Both the position numbers and the translations under genes were made by a program. The notes beneath the pieces were generated by a model. The model had not been told where the DNA came from, searched no databases, and was given only the letters and a program-made list of their open reading frames with translations. This document shows positions 18,709 to 29,682 of a DNA stretch of 64,000 nt, in pieces. Position 1 is the stretch's first letter, and each line of letters starts with the position of its first letter. The DNA comes from Verrucomicrobiia bacterium (GTDB lineage: Bacteria; Desulfobacterota; Binatia; UBA9968): positions 3,176 through 67,175 of the forward strand of contig DASPXM010000071.1 in NCBI GenBank assembly GCA_035637295.1. Direction: 5' to 3'.

Positions 18709-20160
18709 ATGAACCAGGTCGACGTGCTTCTAAAGAATGGCAAAATTGTCACCCAGGGCAAGGTGATCGAGGGCTTCGTCGCGGTGGACGGTGAAAAAAT
18801 CGTCACCGTCGGACAGGGCGATCACGCGCCTGACGCGCGCAAGGCCATCGATCTCAAAGGTCGAGTATTGATTCCCGGTGTGGTCGATCCCGAATGCCAT
18901 TTTGGCAGCCACCGTTGGGTTGGCGATGAGTTCGACTCGGAAACCCGCGGCGCTGTCGCCTACGGCATCACCACCTGGGGGTTCATGCAGCCGAGCGCCA
19001 ACATGGGACAACCGTACAAAGCTGAAAAGACCGCGGAGGAAGTACCGCTTTACGCCGAAGTGTTCGATCTGTTCAAAAATATGGGCGAAGAGCGCTCGAT
19101 GGTTGATTTCATCTTGACGCCGAAAATTTTGAAGGACGAACATGCTTTGGAAATTCCCCGGCTGGCGCGCGATTACGGCATCACTTCGTTCAAGTATCAA
19201 CTGCATCTGATGCATCCGGAGCGCACGGCGACTTACTGGCCGCAAAGCAAAAGTCAGGGCTATTTCGGTTACGACGACGGCACGATCTATCTCGGCATGG
19301 AAGCAGTCGCCAAACTGGGTCCGCCGGCGATTGTCTGCATGCACTGCGAGAACTGGGAGATCGCCCGAATCTTCGAGGAACGCCTGCTCAAAGCCGGCCG
19401 CAAAGAATACAAAGTCTGGAATGAGCGCTCGCCGCATTTTTGCGAAGCCGGCCATGTCCATGCTTACACGTACTACGCGCGCATCCTAAAATGCCCGCTC
19501 TATATCCAGCACACCACCACCCCTGAAACCATCGAAGAGATCACGCGCGCCAAAGGGGACGGTGCCACTGTGTACGCGCAGACCGGTCCGCACTATCTCA
19601 GCCTCACCGAAGACGCGTGGCGCATCAACGTACCGCTGCGCAGCGCCGAAACGATCGAAGTCCTCTGGCAGGCGCTCGCTGATGGCCGTATCGATACGGT
19701 CGGCAGCGACCACACCAACACCGGCAGATCGCGGAAAGAGATGGAAGTGCCCGGCGATATCTTTGCCACCCGGACCGGGTTTTCTTCCCGCGGCGAGGCG
19801 GCCTTGCCCGTGATGCTGAGTGACGGAGTGAACCGCGGAAGGATTTCACTGGTTCGAATGGTTCAGGTCTGCTGTGAAAACACGGCGCGAATTTTTGGAC
19901 TTTATCCGAAAAAGGGTGTGATCGCGCCGGGCTCCGACGCCGACCTCGTGGTCGTGGACCTCGATCGCACCGTCACCGTGACCAACGATATGGTTCATAC
20001 GTCGGCCGGCTGGACACTTTGGGAAGGCAGACAAATGAAAGGCTGGCCGATCATGACCATGCTGCGCGGAAAAATCATCGCCGAGTGGCCCGAAGGCGGC
20101 AAGAGACCGGAAATCGTCTCGAAACCGTTTGGCCGCTACCAGCCGCGTTCGCTAGGGTAA
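18709..20160 (+). CDS. cyclic amidohydrolase, dihydropyrimidinase/hydantoinase family, paralog 4
   Basis: 483 aa. ATG at 18709 with GAGGAGAGG upstream. Motifs VVDPECHFGSHR, FKYQLH, GSDHTNTG, IFGLYPKKG. Confidence 0.8.
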   Translation: MNQVDVLLKNGKIVTQGKVIEGFVAVDGEKIVTVGQGDHAPDARKAIDLKGRVLIPGVVDPECHFGSHRWVGDEFDSETRGAVAYGITTWGFMQPSANMGQPYKAEKTAEEVPLYAEVFDLFKNMGEERSMVDFILTPKILKDEHALEIPRLARDYGITSFKYQLHLMHPERTATYWPQSKSQGYFGYDDGTIYLGMEAVAKLGPPAIVCMHCENWEIARIFEERLLKAGRKEYKVWNERSPHFCEAGHVHAYTYYARILKCPLYIQHTTTPETIEEITRAKGDGATVYAQTGPHYLSLTEDAWRINVPLRSAETIEVLWQALADGRIDTVGSDHTNTGRSRKEMEVPGDIFATRTGFSSRGEAALPVMLSDGVNRGRISLVRMVQVCCENTARIFGLYPKKGVIAPGSDADLVVVDLDRTVTVTNDMVHTSAGWTLWEGRQMKGWPIMTMLRGKIIAEWPEGGKRPEIVSKPFGRYQPRSLG

Positions 20161-20182
20161 GACTGATTTAACAAATCTTCCG

Positions 20183-21538
20183 ATGAAGACTCTCCTCGAA
20201 CACGCGACCGTCGTCACGATGAATGCCCGCAAGGAGATTTTCTACGACGCGCATGTGCTGATTGAGGACAGTCGGATCGCGAGTGTCGGAGGTGTGAACT
20301 CTGGCGAAGCCGATCAGGTGATCGATTGCCGCGGTAAAATTATCATTCCCGGTCTTGTCAGCGCTCACTCTCATCTCACCGGACTCCTTCAACGAGGGTT
20401 ATGGGATGAGAACAGTTTCGAGTCCTGGTCGCAAAAGTCTACGGCAACAGAGAAGTTATTCCACGCTTCTGCGGAAGATATCTCCATGCTCCACTGCGCG
20501 GCTTGTGTGGAGTTTATCAGGCACGGCGTGACGACGGTACTCAACATGTTTACCGTTCCGTCGGGCGTTCCGCTGGAATTTATCGATGCTTCCTGTCGCG
20601 CGCTCCGGGATAGCGGCATCAGGGGCATTCTCGCGCTTTCTGTCAAAGACCAATCGCCAGACAATCAGGCTATTGTTCTCGATCCGATTCATGCCGAATC
20701 CTGGGTTTTTCAAGCCAAGGAAGCAGCCGCGCATGTCAGGGAGTTTGGGTCACGAATCTCCTTTATGCTGGCGCCGTCGGCACCTCAACGGTGCAGCGAC
20801 AATCTCTTAATCCAATGTAAAGTTCTGGCGGAAAATCTCGGCGTAGGTATTCACACACATCTTGCCGAAACCAAGTCTCACGCCGAAGTTGCAAGAAATC
20901 TCTACAGGGAGCCGATGGTAAAGCATTTGGAGAAGATCGGCTTTCTTGGACCTCATCTCTCTGTGGCTCACGCGATATGGCTGGATGAAGAAGAGATTGA
21001 TATCCTGAGTCGCCATTGGGTCAATGTTGTTCATAATCCATCGAGCAACATGAGGCTCGGCAGTGGAGTTGCCAAAGTTAAAAAGATGCTCGACCGAGGC
21101 ATTACCGTTGGACTGGGAGCAGACAGTGTCAATGCGGGCACTGTTTACTCAATCTTCGAGCAAATAAAGCTTGCGATATTGCTGCCGAGGGCCGTGTGGG
21201 AACCGAAAGACTGGATTTCGTCTGACGAGGCGTTTCAAATGGGATGCCTGGGCGGCGCTAAAGCAATGTTTCTAGAGAACGAAATCGGGTCGATTGAAGC
21301 CGGAAAGAAAGCAGACCTCGTGGTGCTGAAACCTTCAACCAGCCTTTTGCCTCTAAATAATCTCACAGCCCAGATTGCATTATCCGAAAGCGGTGAGTCA
21401 GTCGAGACCGTTTTCATCGATGGAGCGCCGATTTTGCTTAACGGGCGGGTCACGAAGGTCGATGAAGACGCTCTTCTCAAAGCGCTTTCATCCCTGGGAC
21501 CTAGAATCTCAGCTGCGGTAAATACTTCGTTCCATTGA
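20183..21538 (+). CDS. TRZ/ATZ-family amidohydrolase (chlorohydrolase/aminohydrolase, SsnA/guanine-deaminase-like)
   Basis: 451 aa. HxH motif [10 protein letters not shown]. Later [14 protein letters not shown] and DLVVL motifs are typical of TRZ/ATZ deaminases. Confidence 0.75.
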   Translation: MKTLLEHATVVTMNARKEIFYDAHVLIEDSRIASVGGVNSGEADQVIDCRGKIIIPGLVSAHSHLTGLLQRGLWDENSFESWSQKSTATEKLFHASAEDISMLHCAACVEFIRHGVTTVLNMFTVPSGVPLEFIDASCRALRDSGIRGILALSVKDQSPDNQAIVLDPIHAESWVFQAKEAAAHVREFGSRISFMLAPSAPQRCSDNLLIQCKVLAENLGVGIHTHLAETKSHAEVARNLYREPMVKHLEKIGFLGPHLSVAHAIWLDEEEIDILSRHWVNVVHNPSSNMRLGSGVAKVKKMLDRGITVGLGADSVNAGTVYSIFEQIKLAILLPRAVWEPKDWISSDEAFQMGCLGGAKAMFLENEIGSIEAGKKADLVVLKPSTSLLPLNNLTAQIALSESGESVETVFIDGAPILLNGRVTKVDEDALLKALSSLGPRISAAVNTSFH

Positions 21539-21551
21539 GCTGCCCCGTCAA

Positions 21552-22466
21552 ATGCACAATCCAGCTTTTCGGATTGGAATCGATCTTGGTGGTACAAAAA
21601 TCGAGGCTATCGCGCTTAGCGAAACCGGAACCGTTCTGGCTCGTCACCGAGTAGCTACGCCGAAGGGCAATTACGAGGTTACCATTAAGGCCATTGGCGA
21701 TCTCGTTTCTGCCATCGAAAAAGAACTTGGAGGTTCGGGTACCGTCGGTCTCGGTACGCCGGGCGCTATTTCTCCGGCAACAGGACTAATCAAAAATGCT
21801 AACTCGACCGTACTGATTGGCCACGCGCTCGACAAAGACTTGAGCGCGTCGCTCGGCCGTGAGGTTCGGCTTGCCAATGACGCCAACTGCTTTGCTCTGT
21901 CCGAGGCAGTCGACGGCGCAGCGGCTGGAGCTGAGATTGTCTTCGGCGTTATCATCGGGACCGGCACCGGCGGCGGAATCGCGATTGGAGGTAAGATCTT
22001 ATCCGGGGTTAACGCAATTGCAGGAGAATGGGGACACAACCCCATACCGTGGCCTCGGCAAGAGGAGTCACCCGGGCCACAATGCTACTGCGGTAGGAAC
22101 GGATGCTTGGAAACATTTTTATCGGGCCCTGGCCTGTCCCGAGATTTTCGTAATGCAACTGGAACTCACCTCGATCCTCCTGACATCGTTCGGCTAGCGC
22201 AAGCGAACGATCAGGTGGCCGAAGCATGTCTCAGCCGATACGAGGACCGACTGGCGCGGGGCCTGGCTCATGTTATCAACATCCTGGATCCCGACGTAAT
22301 CGTTCTCGGCGGCGGTATGTCGAACATCCAGCGACTTTACCAACACGTCCCACGGTTCTGGGGCCGATACGTCTTTTCGGACAGCGTGAATACCAAACTT
22401 GTTCGTCCCGTTCACGGAGACTCCAGTGGAGCGAGAGGCGCAGCGTGGCTCTGGCCACTGGGCTAG
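21552..22466 (+). CDS. ROK-family sugar kinase (NagK/fructokinase-like; no N-terminal HTH)
   Basis: [15 protein letters not shown] motif. [10 protein letters not shown] zinc motif. 304 aa, so a kinase rather than a ROK repressor. Confidence 0.7.
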   Translation: MHNPAFRIGIDLGGTKIEAIALSETGTVLARHRVATPKGNYEVTIKAIGDLVSAIEKELGGSGTVGLGTPGAISPATGLIKNANSTVLIGHALDKDLSASLGREVRLANDANCFALSEAVDGAAAGAEIVFGVIIGTGTGGGIAIGGKILSGVNAIAGEWGHNPIPWPRQEESPGPQCYCGRNGCLETFLSGPGLSRDFRNATGTHLDPPDIVRLAQANDQVAEACLSRYEDRLARGLAHVINILDPDVIVLGGGMSNIQRLYQHVPRFWGRYVFSDSVNTKLVRPVHGDSSGARGAAWLWPLG

Positions 22467-22549
22467 TCAACGTTTTGGGTGAGAGGCGCGATCCACTGCG
22501 TCCCTCTCAACCCAACGGTTAGGGCTCAGTTGAGTAAGCGACGCACTTT

Positions 22550-23323
22550 TCACGGAGTAGCGGGCTCCATGCCCTTCCCCTTGATCACCGCTGCCGCCTC
22601 CGGCGTGCGGAGGTGGTTGACCAGTAGCTTCGCTACGTCGGCGTTTTTGGCGCTAGCCATGATTGCCGCTGAAACGACAATCGTGTCCTGAAGATCACCG
22701 GGCAGCGGCCCGACGATCTCGATTCCGGTAACCCGAATAAGCTCCTGGAATTGATGCACACCGATCTCGGCTTCGCCGTTTGCAACCAAAAGTCCAACCG
22801 CGTCGCCGCCGGCGGTTTTCGGGAAAACCGTCTTCGTTTTCATTTCGGTGGCGATCCCCAGGGGATCGAGCACCTTAGCGAAATGGACGCCGCTCGCGCC
22901 GCCCCGCGCCGGATCGGAATAGGTGATCGACTTTGCGGCCAATAGCGTGCGCTTCAAAGCCTCTGGCGACGAGATGTCGGGCCTAGGGCCGCCCTTGCGA
23001 ACGGCTACGCCGATGCCGGAGCGGGCGATGACGGTCACGTTGTCCGCAGCAGCCTTGCCGTCCTTCACGAAGCTTTCGATCCCCTGCCGGGGAATGATGA
23101 CAACATCGGCAGCTTCGCCATCTTGAATACGCTTTACGACCGCACCCACGCCCTCGAACGTAATTGTGAGCTTGTGTCCGCTCGCGTGCTCGAACTTCGG
23201 CCCGAGGTCTTCCATGACGGGTCGCATCGCGAGGGCGCTCAACACTTTGAGTTCGGCAGCTTCGGCCTTTGAATCGTTTATCGGTCTGAATAACCACGGC
23301 GTAGTGGAACCGACACAGGTCAT
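22550..23323 (-). CDS. ModA-like (molybdate/tungstate-type) periplasmic-binding-fold protein lacking a signal peptide
   Basis: AAELKVLSALAMRPVMEDLGPKFEHASGHKLTITFEGVGAVVKRIQDGEAADVVI matches the mature N-terminus of ModA. In-frame stops at 23330-23350 exclude any upstream signal peptide. No SD before the ATG. Confidence 0.5.
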   Translation of the reverse strand: MTCVGSTTPWLFRPINDSKAEAAELKVLSALAMRPVMEDLGPKFEHASGHKLTITFEGVGAVVKRIQDGEAADVVIIPRQGIESFVKDGKAAADNVTVIARSGIGVAVRKGGPRPDISSPEALKRTLLAAKSITYSDPARGGASGVHFAKVLDPLGIATEMKTKTVFPKTAGGDAVGLLVANGEAEIGVHQFQELIRVTGIEIVGPLPGDLQDTIVVSAAIMASAKNADVAKLLVNHLRTPEAAAVIKGKGMEPATP

Positions 23324-23882
23324 GGTGATGGAAGAAGAATTCCGTGTTCAGCCCGATTAATTCTCCGTTCTTGCGCGGCACGAAAATATCCGCTCCTTCT
23401 CCGGGAGGATAGTCAGCTCGGGACCGAATCGGCTGTATTTCAGACATCAGCGGTTGGTGGAGTTACGAAGGTATGGGGGCATAACTATTAAGTGAGCCGC
23501 CGTTTGTGGCGACAAAGGCCGGTCGGCTTATCTCCACTAACGGCTCCACCAATCAACTCCAAAATCGATTGCAATATCCACTAGCTACTTCGCCTTGTCA
23601 ACGTTAAGCTCCCGCCAAACGCTGCCGAGCCGGGCAGGTTATCTCCCTAATGATCGGCGGCTTATTTCGCCCAGCGCTTAGTTAGCATAAGCGATCGGTA
23701 GGGCTGTTAACGCCTCCGGAGAACCAGGGCCAGAGTACTTTTCTCTTGTCCTATTAACAAAATGATTATCTGAGCCATATTGTCGGTGGTAGACATCTGC
23801 GATTTCGGAGAGTTTGGAACGAAGTTATTTCCAGCTGGTCAACAACGACTCTGATTTTTTATCCTGCACTTGCAGCAGCCTG

Positions 23883-24299
23883 CTACGCGCGGGAGCCGCC
23901 GGTCCAGCGGAGCAGATTCAGGAATTCGCGCCGGGTCTTCGGCCCATAAGTCAGATAGTGCGGCTCGGGGTGCTCGCGATAGGCGAGACGCTCGCTGGAC
24001 ACACGGTCGGCGCGGGTGTGCTTCTTCACTTCATCGGCGCTCATCGCATACGGTCGGGTCGCGTTTAACCCAAAGATCTTGGCGCGTAGCGCCGGCGTAA
24101 TTTCGGGGTAGCCGTGCTGTGCGCGGAGTTCGGGCGAGACCTGGAAGGCCCGAAACGCCTGGATCTGGTCCTGTGGCGAGCCGTACCAGATGGAGTCAGT
24201 GCCCCAGAGCACGTTGTTCTCGCCGCAGTACTTGAGGAGTTTTCCAAGCGCATGCGCCGCGCTGTCTGGGTCGGATTTGTCTCGAATTTTTTTGGCTTC
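23883..24299 (-). pseudogene. C-terminal remnant of an amidohydrolase-family (PF04909-like) gene
   Basis: Frame reads ...LLKYCGENNVLWGTDSIWYGSPQDQIQAFR...KIFGLNA... with no start codon. It is blocked by an in-frame TGA at 24300, directly after the stop of the neighbouring gene. About 139 aa of a roughly 400-aa family. Confidence 0.45.
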
Positions 24300-24313
24300 T
24301 CATTGCATTGTAA

Positions 24314-25715
24314 TTATGTGGTTAAATTCGGCGCGATCGTTAACGAAATCAATTCGCTGACCTGCTCGACTTCATCCAACCGACGCAAGCACACCAGGAG
24401 ATCGTCAATCTGCTTCGGTGGAAGCAGCGGCTCTGCCAGCGGACGAAATTTACGCTCCTGTTCCTCGTCAGTCATGAACCGTTTGAAATGGCCAAGGTGG
24501 TAGGCCACTTTGGTCGAGAGAACCTTTCCTGACTTCATCTCGACATCCACAATGTTCAAAGGAACTTCCGGCCATGCAACGACGGGTTCGTCGCCGATCC
24601 GTATTTTGATTTTCTGCATGAGCGCACGCACAGCGGGCCGTTTGTAGTACACTTCGTCGTAATGGCGAATCTCCAGGTTGCCTTCCATAAGCGCAACGGC
24701 CATCACAAAGGGAAGACTGTGATCGGCGCTCTCTCTTGTTTCCGGCTGCCAATTCGCTTCTCCTGAGCCCATGACCTCGTAGCCGGCGGGAAAAGTCTGC
24801 AGGCGAATCTCTTTAATCTCATCGAGATCGGAGATTTCGGAGCGCAAGTTAAGAATGGCCTCTATCGCGTTTTGGGAAAAATAGCCTGAGGGAAATGCTT
24901 TCAACCGTGCTTTCATGATGCGATACGTCTCGGTGGAGTTCGCGAATGACGCGATCTCGAAGCGGATCCCTGTGCTACTCAGAAATCCCGCTTTACCTTC
25001 GAACGCTTCCTCCGGCCCTGTCATCCCTTTCGCAGCTAGCATGGCGCAAAACACGGCGTTCCTCGATGCGTTCGCTAACGCGCATCCCTTCCAATGGGAA
25101 ATCTGACCTCTTCTGATTTGCTCAAGACTGATATGAGACGATACCGCCAAGCTGATCGCGTTAGCCATCTGTTCTTTCGTATGGCCGAAACAGTTTGGAC
25201 GCCACGACAGCGGCTGCGATGACTCCGTAGGTCGACTGATCCCAACTGCGGCTGGGCTCTTTCGATCCGGCGTCGATGAGCCCACAAAACACCTCATAAC
25301 CCAAAACCATTCCGAGGATTACGTCTTTGCCGTTGCCGTGTCTGGCGTCGACGACGGCGAACACCGGAGCAAGTAGATCGCTTGGGTGGCAGGTGGGCGA
25401 GCCGGCATACGTGTCATTGAAATCGAGATAGCGGATCATCACACCATTGGCGAAGGCGGCGAGGTCGGGGGAGGTTTTCTGGCCGCTGATCAAAACGGTG
25501 GACGGATTGGCCGAAGTTATCTCAGATGCGGCGGCTCTAGCGATGCTGGCTGGAGGATTTTCGGCGCCGCCGACCGCGCAGCCGACGGTATCGATCACAA
25601 TGTGCTTGGTCCGGCGTATCACTTCCTCCGGCAGATCGCGATACGACAACTTCAACGCATAGGCGCAAAGATGATTAATGACTCGGTCGGGCATCTTTAC
25701 TGAGTCAACCTTCAC
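24314..25715 (-). pseudogene. MmgE/PrpD-family (2-methylcitrate-dehydratase-like) gene with one frameshift
   Basis: N-terminal 184-aa ORF (25161-25715) and C-terminal 327-aa ORF (24314-25297) belong to one PrpD-family protein. Junction ...AAVVASKLF|GHTKEQMANAISLAVS is shifted at the TTT run near 25183-25193. Confidence 0.5.
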
Positions 25716-25772
25716 AAAGTCGAGTTAAGTTTTCCGTCGGCGTGAACGCAACCATTACATAGCGCGAAGGAT

Positions 25773-25793
25773 GTTTAAAGTTCAAGGTTCAAC
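25773..25793 (+). repeat. three tandem GTTCAAN heptamers (GTTTAAA GTTCAAG GTTCAAC)
   Basis: Shares the 11-mer CCTTGAACTTT (reverse complement) with the 3974..4007 array. Lies in the divergent intergenic region between the PrpD-family pseudogene and the amidohydrolase-2 gene. Confidence 0.45.
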
Positions 25794-25973
25794 GTGGAGC
25801 TCGGCACAGCACACTGCCTTGAAGGGACGGCTATGATCAACAGATATGCGAGATGAAAAGGAACGGACTTACTCAGAAGATGACCAGAAAACGCGACCGG
25901 CTGGTAATCGATTGATTGCGTTAAATTCATCATGTTAAAAGGAATGCCGTAGTTATCAGCAAGGAGAAAATCG

Positions 25974-27035
25974 ATGGGAGCGATCGATGCTGACGCGCAT
26001 GTGATCGAGACGGTGCAGACCTGGAGTTATCTCGAAGTGGATGAGCGACGTTTCACGCCGCAACTAATGAGGCAAACTTCCGGAGAGGAACTCCTCAGTA
26101 ACGAAGGAATCGCCGTGCGCGATTTCTGGGTGATCGAGGGCCGCGCGCACGGCAAGGACCGCAACGTCGGCACTAATACGCCTCAAGAATCGCGGGAGAT
26201 GCTAAGCGTCAAGGCGCGGCTCAATCATATGGATGAGCTTGGAATCGAAACGCAGGTGCTTTATCCGACGCTCTTTCTCCGGCCGGTTGTGCAGGAAGCC
26301 GAGCGCGAACGCGCCTTGTGCAAATCATATAATCGCTGGATGGCCGATCTTTGGCGGCAAGGAAAGGGTCGGTTGCGTTGGGTCGCGAAGCCGCCGCTTC
26401 GCCTGCTCGAAAAATCGCCGGCCGTCGTAAGGAACGAACTTGAGTGGGCCAAGAACAACGGCGCGTGCGGCATCTTCATGCGAGGCTTGGAATGTGAGCG
26501 CGCCCTCGGCGCCCCATATTTTTACCCGCTGTGGCAGATATCCGGAGATCTCGATCTACCGGTCTGCATCCATTCCGCCAACGGTAGTTTTATTCATCAT
26601 GAGTTTTTCAATGAGGACACGACCTTTACAAAGTTTAAGCTCGCCGTCGTTGGCGCGTTTCATACGGTTCTCGAAAAAGAGATCCCGACAAAGTTCCCGA
26701 AGGTCCGTTGGGGCTTCGTTGAGGTGAGCGCGCAATGGGTGCCTTATGTGTTGAACGATCTGGCCGACCGCTTCCGACGCAAGGGTAGATCGTTTCCCAA
26801 AGATGCGCTGGCCGTCAATAACATGTGGGTGGCCTGCGAGAACACGGATGATCTGCCCTACGTGTTGAACCACGCGGGTGAGGATTGTCTGATGATCGGC
26901 ACCGATTACGGGCACCACGATCCTTCAACCGAGCTCAATGCCATTCATCTACTGCGTAATGATACGCGTGTTGCACCCGCGGCTATACGCAAAATTCTTG
27001 AGGTCAATCCGCGGAAGTTTTACGGCCTTGATTGA
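25974..27035 (+). CDS. amidohydrolase-2 family metal-dependent hydrolase (ACMSD/LigI-like TIM barrel)
   Basis: 353 aa. N-terminal MGAIDADAHVIE (Asp/His metal motif of PF04909). AGGAG 8 nt upstream of the ATG. Confidence 0.7.
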   Translation: MGAIDADAHVIETVQTWSYLEVDERRFTPQLMRQTSGEELLSNEGIAVRDFWVIEGRAHGKDRNVGTNTPQESREMLSVKARLNHMDELGIETQVLYPTLFLRPVVQEAERERALCKSYNRWMADLWRQGKGRLRWVAKPPLRLLEKSPAVVRNELEWAKNNGACGIFMRGLECERALGAPYFYPLWQISGDLDLPVCIHSANGSFIHHEFFNEDTTFTKFKLAVVGAFHTVLEKEIPTKFPKVRWGFVEVSAQWVPYVLNDLADRFRRKGRSFPKDALAVNNMWVACENTDDLPYVLNHAGEDCLMIGTDYGHHDPSTELNAIHLLRNDTRVAPAAIRKILEVNPRKFYGLD

Positions 27036-27084
27036 CACGGGAAGATAGAGCGCCTCGAAGCTCGAGAAACTCTTTTTCAACTTC

Positions 27085-28563
27085 CTATTCGGCTAGAAAA
27101 CGTACGGGCAGTCCTTTTGCGGCCAGAGCCTTTTTGTAGAGTTCGTCAGTGATTTTGTGAGAACGGTCGGGAATTTTTTTGATGCGACTGTAGAGGCGGT
27201 GCATTTTCTTGCTGATCGGCTCCACTCTCCGTACCAGATTTTCTTCGTCAATGCGCGTGAGGCGCCCGCCCGCGACAACGATCCTGCCGGCGACGATAAC
27301 CGTGTGAACAGACTGACCGCCTTCACAGAAGACGAGTTGGTGGACGACATCTCTCAATGGGCGAAGCCGGAGGGTCGGCTTAAGCAGAATCAAATCGGCA
27401 CTGTACCCTGGCTTGATCTGGCCGATTTTACCTCGCCATGCGGGAACAGCCTGCGCGCCGTTAACCGTTCCCATCTTTAGCGCGTCAGCCGCAGTGATCC
27501 AGTTTTCCGGATCTTCCGCGACGACGCGTGATAAATACGCAGCCAATCTCATCTGCTCAAAAATAGAATAACTGTCACTGGTATCTCCGCCGTCGGTACC
27601 CAGAGCCACGTTGACGCCGCGGGATTTCAATTTGGCAACAGGGGCGATGCCGCTCCCGAGCTTCAAATTGCTCGCCGGATTGTGAACGGCGCTGGTGCCG
27701 GATGAAGCCATGAGATCGATATCTCTGTCATCCAACCAGATGCTATGGGCGCCTGAGACCCGAGAAGAAAGAAATCCGATTCCGGCTAGGTGAGCACAAA
27801 TCGTTCTCCCGTAAAGTTTTTGAGCCGTCCACGCCTGCAATCGCGTCTCTAGAAGATGCGTGTGGATGCCCAAATCATACTGTTCGGCGATCTTTACTAC
27901 CTCGCGGAGTAGCCCGTCGCTGCAGTTCATCGGCGATGAAGGTCCCAGCATGATCCCGGAACGACTGTCTCCCCGAGGCAAACGCGCGAGAACCGTAAGC
28001 ACTTCATCCTTCCAGGGCTCGGGCGACGTTTGTGCAGCCTTGTTTCTTCGGTTGCTTGATTGCGTTGCCAAGCGGATTGAATCCTGATCGCGTAGCGAGG
28101 GAACCAGCATGCCTCGAATCCCGGTTTTCTCAAACGCGCCGAGAATCGCCTCCATTTTTTTGACCGTCAGTCCGGGGCGCGTGGAAAAATGATCCACGAC
28201 CGCCGTCACTCCGTTTTTAAGCATCTCCGAACACGCGAGCTCTGCCGCCGTGCCGATTTCCTCCGCTGTCAACTTGGCCATATCTTCTGTGGCCGTTCTG
28301 TAGGTGCGCCAGATTTCCATCCGCGCATTGTCGCGAAAGCTTTTTTGCAAAATCTCCGTCAGATGACAGTGAGCGTTTATCAAGCCCGGCATGACGATCA
28401 TTCCCGAGCAGTCGATTCGCTTTGTGATCGGAGTTCCTCTTGTGTGAATTTTCCTTCCCATCTGAGCAATCGTTTCGCCATCGATGAGAATCTGCTGCGT
28501 TTCGAGAACCGGCTTCGAGCTGTTCAAAGTGATAACAGTCGCATTTTCAAGGAGGATTGCCAT
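27085..28563 (-). CDS. TRZ/ATZ-family amidohydrolase (aminohydrolase/deaminase-like) with C-terminal extension
   Basis: 492 aa. MPGLINAHCHL HxH motif. HTHLLET, ALGTDG and ADLILLKP motifs. ATG at 28563. Confidence 0.75.
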   Translation of the reverse strand: MAILLENATVITLNSSKPVLETQQILIDGETIAQMGRKIHTRGTPITKRIDCSGMIVMPGLINAHCHLTEILQKSFRDNARMEIWRTYRTATEDMAKLTAEEIGTAAELACSEMLKNGVTAVVDHFSTRPGLTVKKMEAILGAFEKTGIRGMLVPSLRDQDSIRLATQSSNRRNKAAQTSPEPWKDEVLTVLARLPRGDSRSGIMLGPSSPMNCSDGLLREVVKIAEQYDLGIHTHLLETRLQAWTAQKLYGRTICAHLAGIGFLSSRVSGAHSIWLDDRDIDLMASSGTSAVHNPASNLKLGSGIAPVAKLKSRGVNVALGTDGGDTSDSYSIFEQMRLAAYLSRVVAEDPENWITAADALKMGTVNGAQAVPAWRGKIGQIKPGYSADLILLKPTLRLRPLRDVVHQLVFCEGGQSVHTVIVAGRIVVAGGRLTRIDEENLVRRVEPISKKMHRLYSRIKKIPDRSHKITDELYKKALAAKGLPVRFLAE

Positions 28564-28610
28564 GAAAAGTTCTCACACAGAGGCGCAGAGTTCGCTGAGG
28601 ATTTATGCTG

Positions 28611-29630
28611 TTAGCGCGCGTAGAGCGCATCAATAAACCCGCTCTGATCCAGCTCTCTAATGAAGCGCAGATCGACGAGATCTTCCGGTTTGATGGAGCG
28701 CGCCTTGGTGTCTTTCTCTCCCAAAGTTCCCAAAACAGTCTTGAGTCCCTCGATTGTCGGATACTGTTTGCGCGGAAGCTTATCCTCACTGATGTAGCGG
28801 GTATAACTCTTCTCCATGCTTTCTTGATCCCTGACGCGGCCAAAGTATTTCGCGGCGACTTTCAGTCCTGTTTGGCGATCGGTCTTGATGCGGTGGATGG
28901 CTTCCACATGCGATTTTACATACCGGCGAACAATGTCAGGCTGCTGTGCGATATACCGTCGGGAGGTGGCGACGCCAGCATGTTGAAAGGCCAAGCCGAG
29001 AGCCGACACATCCGCAAGTAGATTCAAGCCATTCTTTTGCGCGATGAACATCGTCGGCGGATTTAATACGGTTGCTTCGACGCGCTTGGCGGCGAGGGCG
29101 GCCAAACGGTCAGTCGTCGTACCGAGCTGTACAATACCGACGTCCTTGTCCGGAACGAGGCCGCTCCGCTGAAGGGCGAATCTGGCAATGAAGTCGGAAA
29201 CGGATCCAAAACGGCTAATGGCCACGGACCCGCCTCTCAACTGCTCCGGGCTTTTGATATCGGCCCGGCCCATTAGCCAATAATCGAGTGTGACCGTTCC
29301 TCCGGCAATAAGCACAGGGTCCGATCCGCCAATATAAGCGTTCGCCACCTCCGGGCCGGCGTTTTGTGATATGGAAATGTCCCCCGAAACCAAAGCCATG
29401 ACCGCCGTTGTGCCGCCGGTAAAATAAACCAGCTGAACATCGAGACCATTCTTCGCATAGATTCCGGTATCCTTGGCAATCCAGGCGGGTAACTGATCGA
29501 AACTGATTGCGCTGTATCCTACAGTGAGGGTAGATAATTTTTGGGCCGAGTGCGTGTTCGGCGCCAGAGCCGTAAGCACGAGAATCGACGCGATAAAAAT
29601 TGAGAGCCTTGCGGTATGACGATTGGTCAT
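28611..29630 (-). CDS. periplasmic NMT1/THI5-like ABC substrate-binding protein, paralog 4
   Basis: ATG at 29628-29630 gives an N-terminal signal peptide MTNRHTARLSIFIASILVLTALAPNTHSA. The track GTG start at 29723 would bury the signal peptide, so it is rejected. Confidence 0.65.
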   Translation of the reverse strand: MTNRHTARLSIFIASILVLTALAPNTHSAQKLSTLTVGYSAISFDQLPAWIAKDTGIYAKNGLDVQLVYFTGGTTAVMALVSGDISISQNAGPEVANAYIGGSDPVLIAGGTVTLDYWLMGRADIKSPEQLRGGSVAISRFGSVSDFIARFALQRSGLVPDKDVGIVQLGTTTDRLAALAAKRVEATVLNPPTMFIAQKNGLNLLADVSALGLAFQHAGVATSRRYIAQQPDIVRRYVKSHVEAIHRIKTDRQTGLKVAAKYFGRVRDQESMEKSYTRYISEDKLPRKQYPTIEGLKTVLGTLGEKDTKARSIKPEDLVDLRFIRELDQSGFIDALYAR

Positions 29631-29682
29631 TCGCGCGACCTGCTCTTCATGGTAGAAATTTTTTTGACATAGCTCCGCCACG

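Noticed and set aside
22983-23447. 154-aa ORF on the minus strand overlapping the ModA-like gene start and leader
   Set aside because: No recognisable domain. It is out of frame with ModA-like and lies in the structured leader region.
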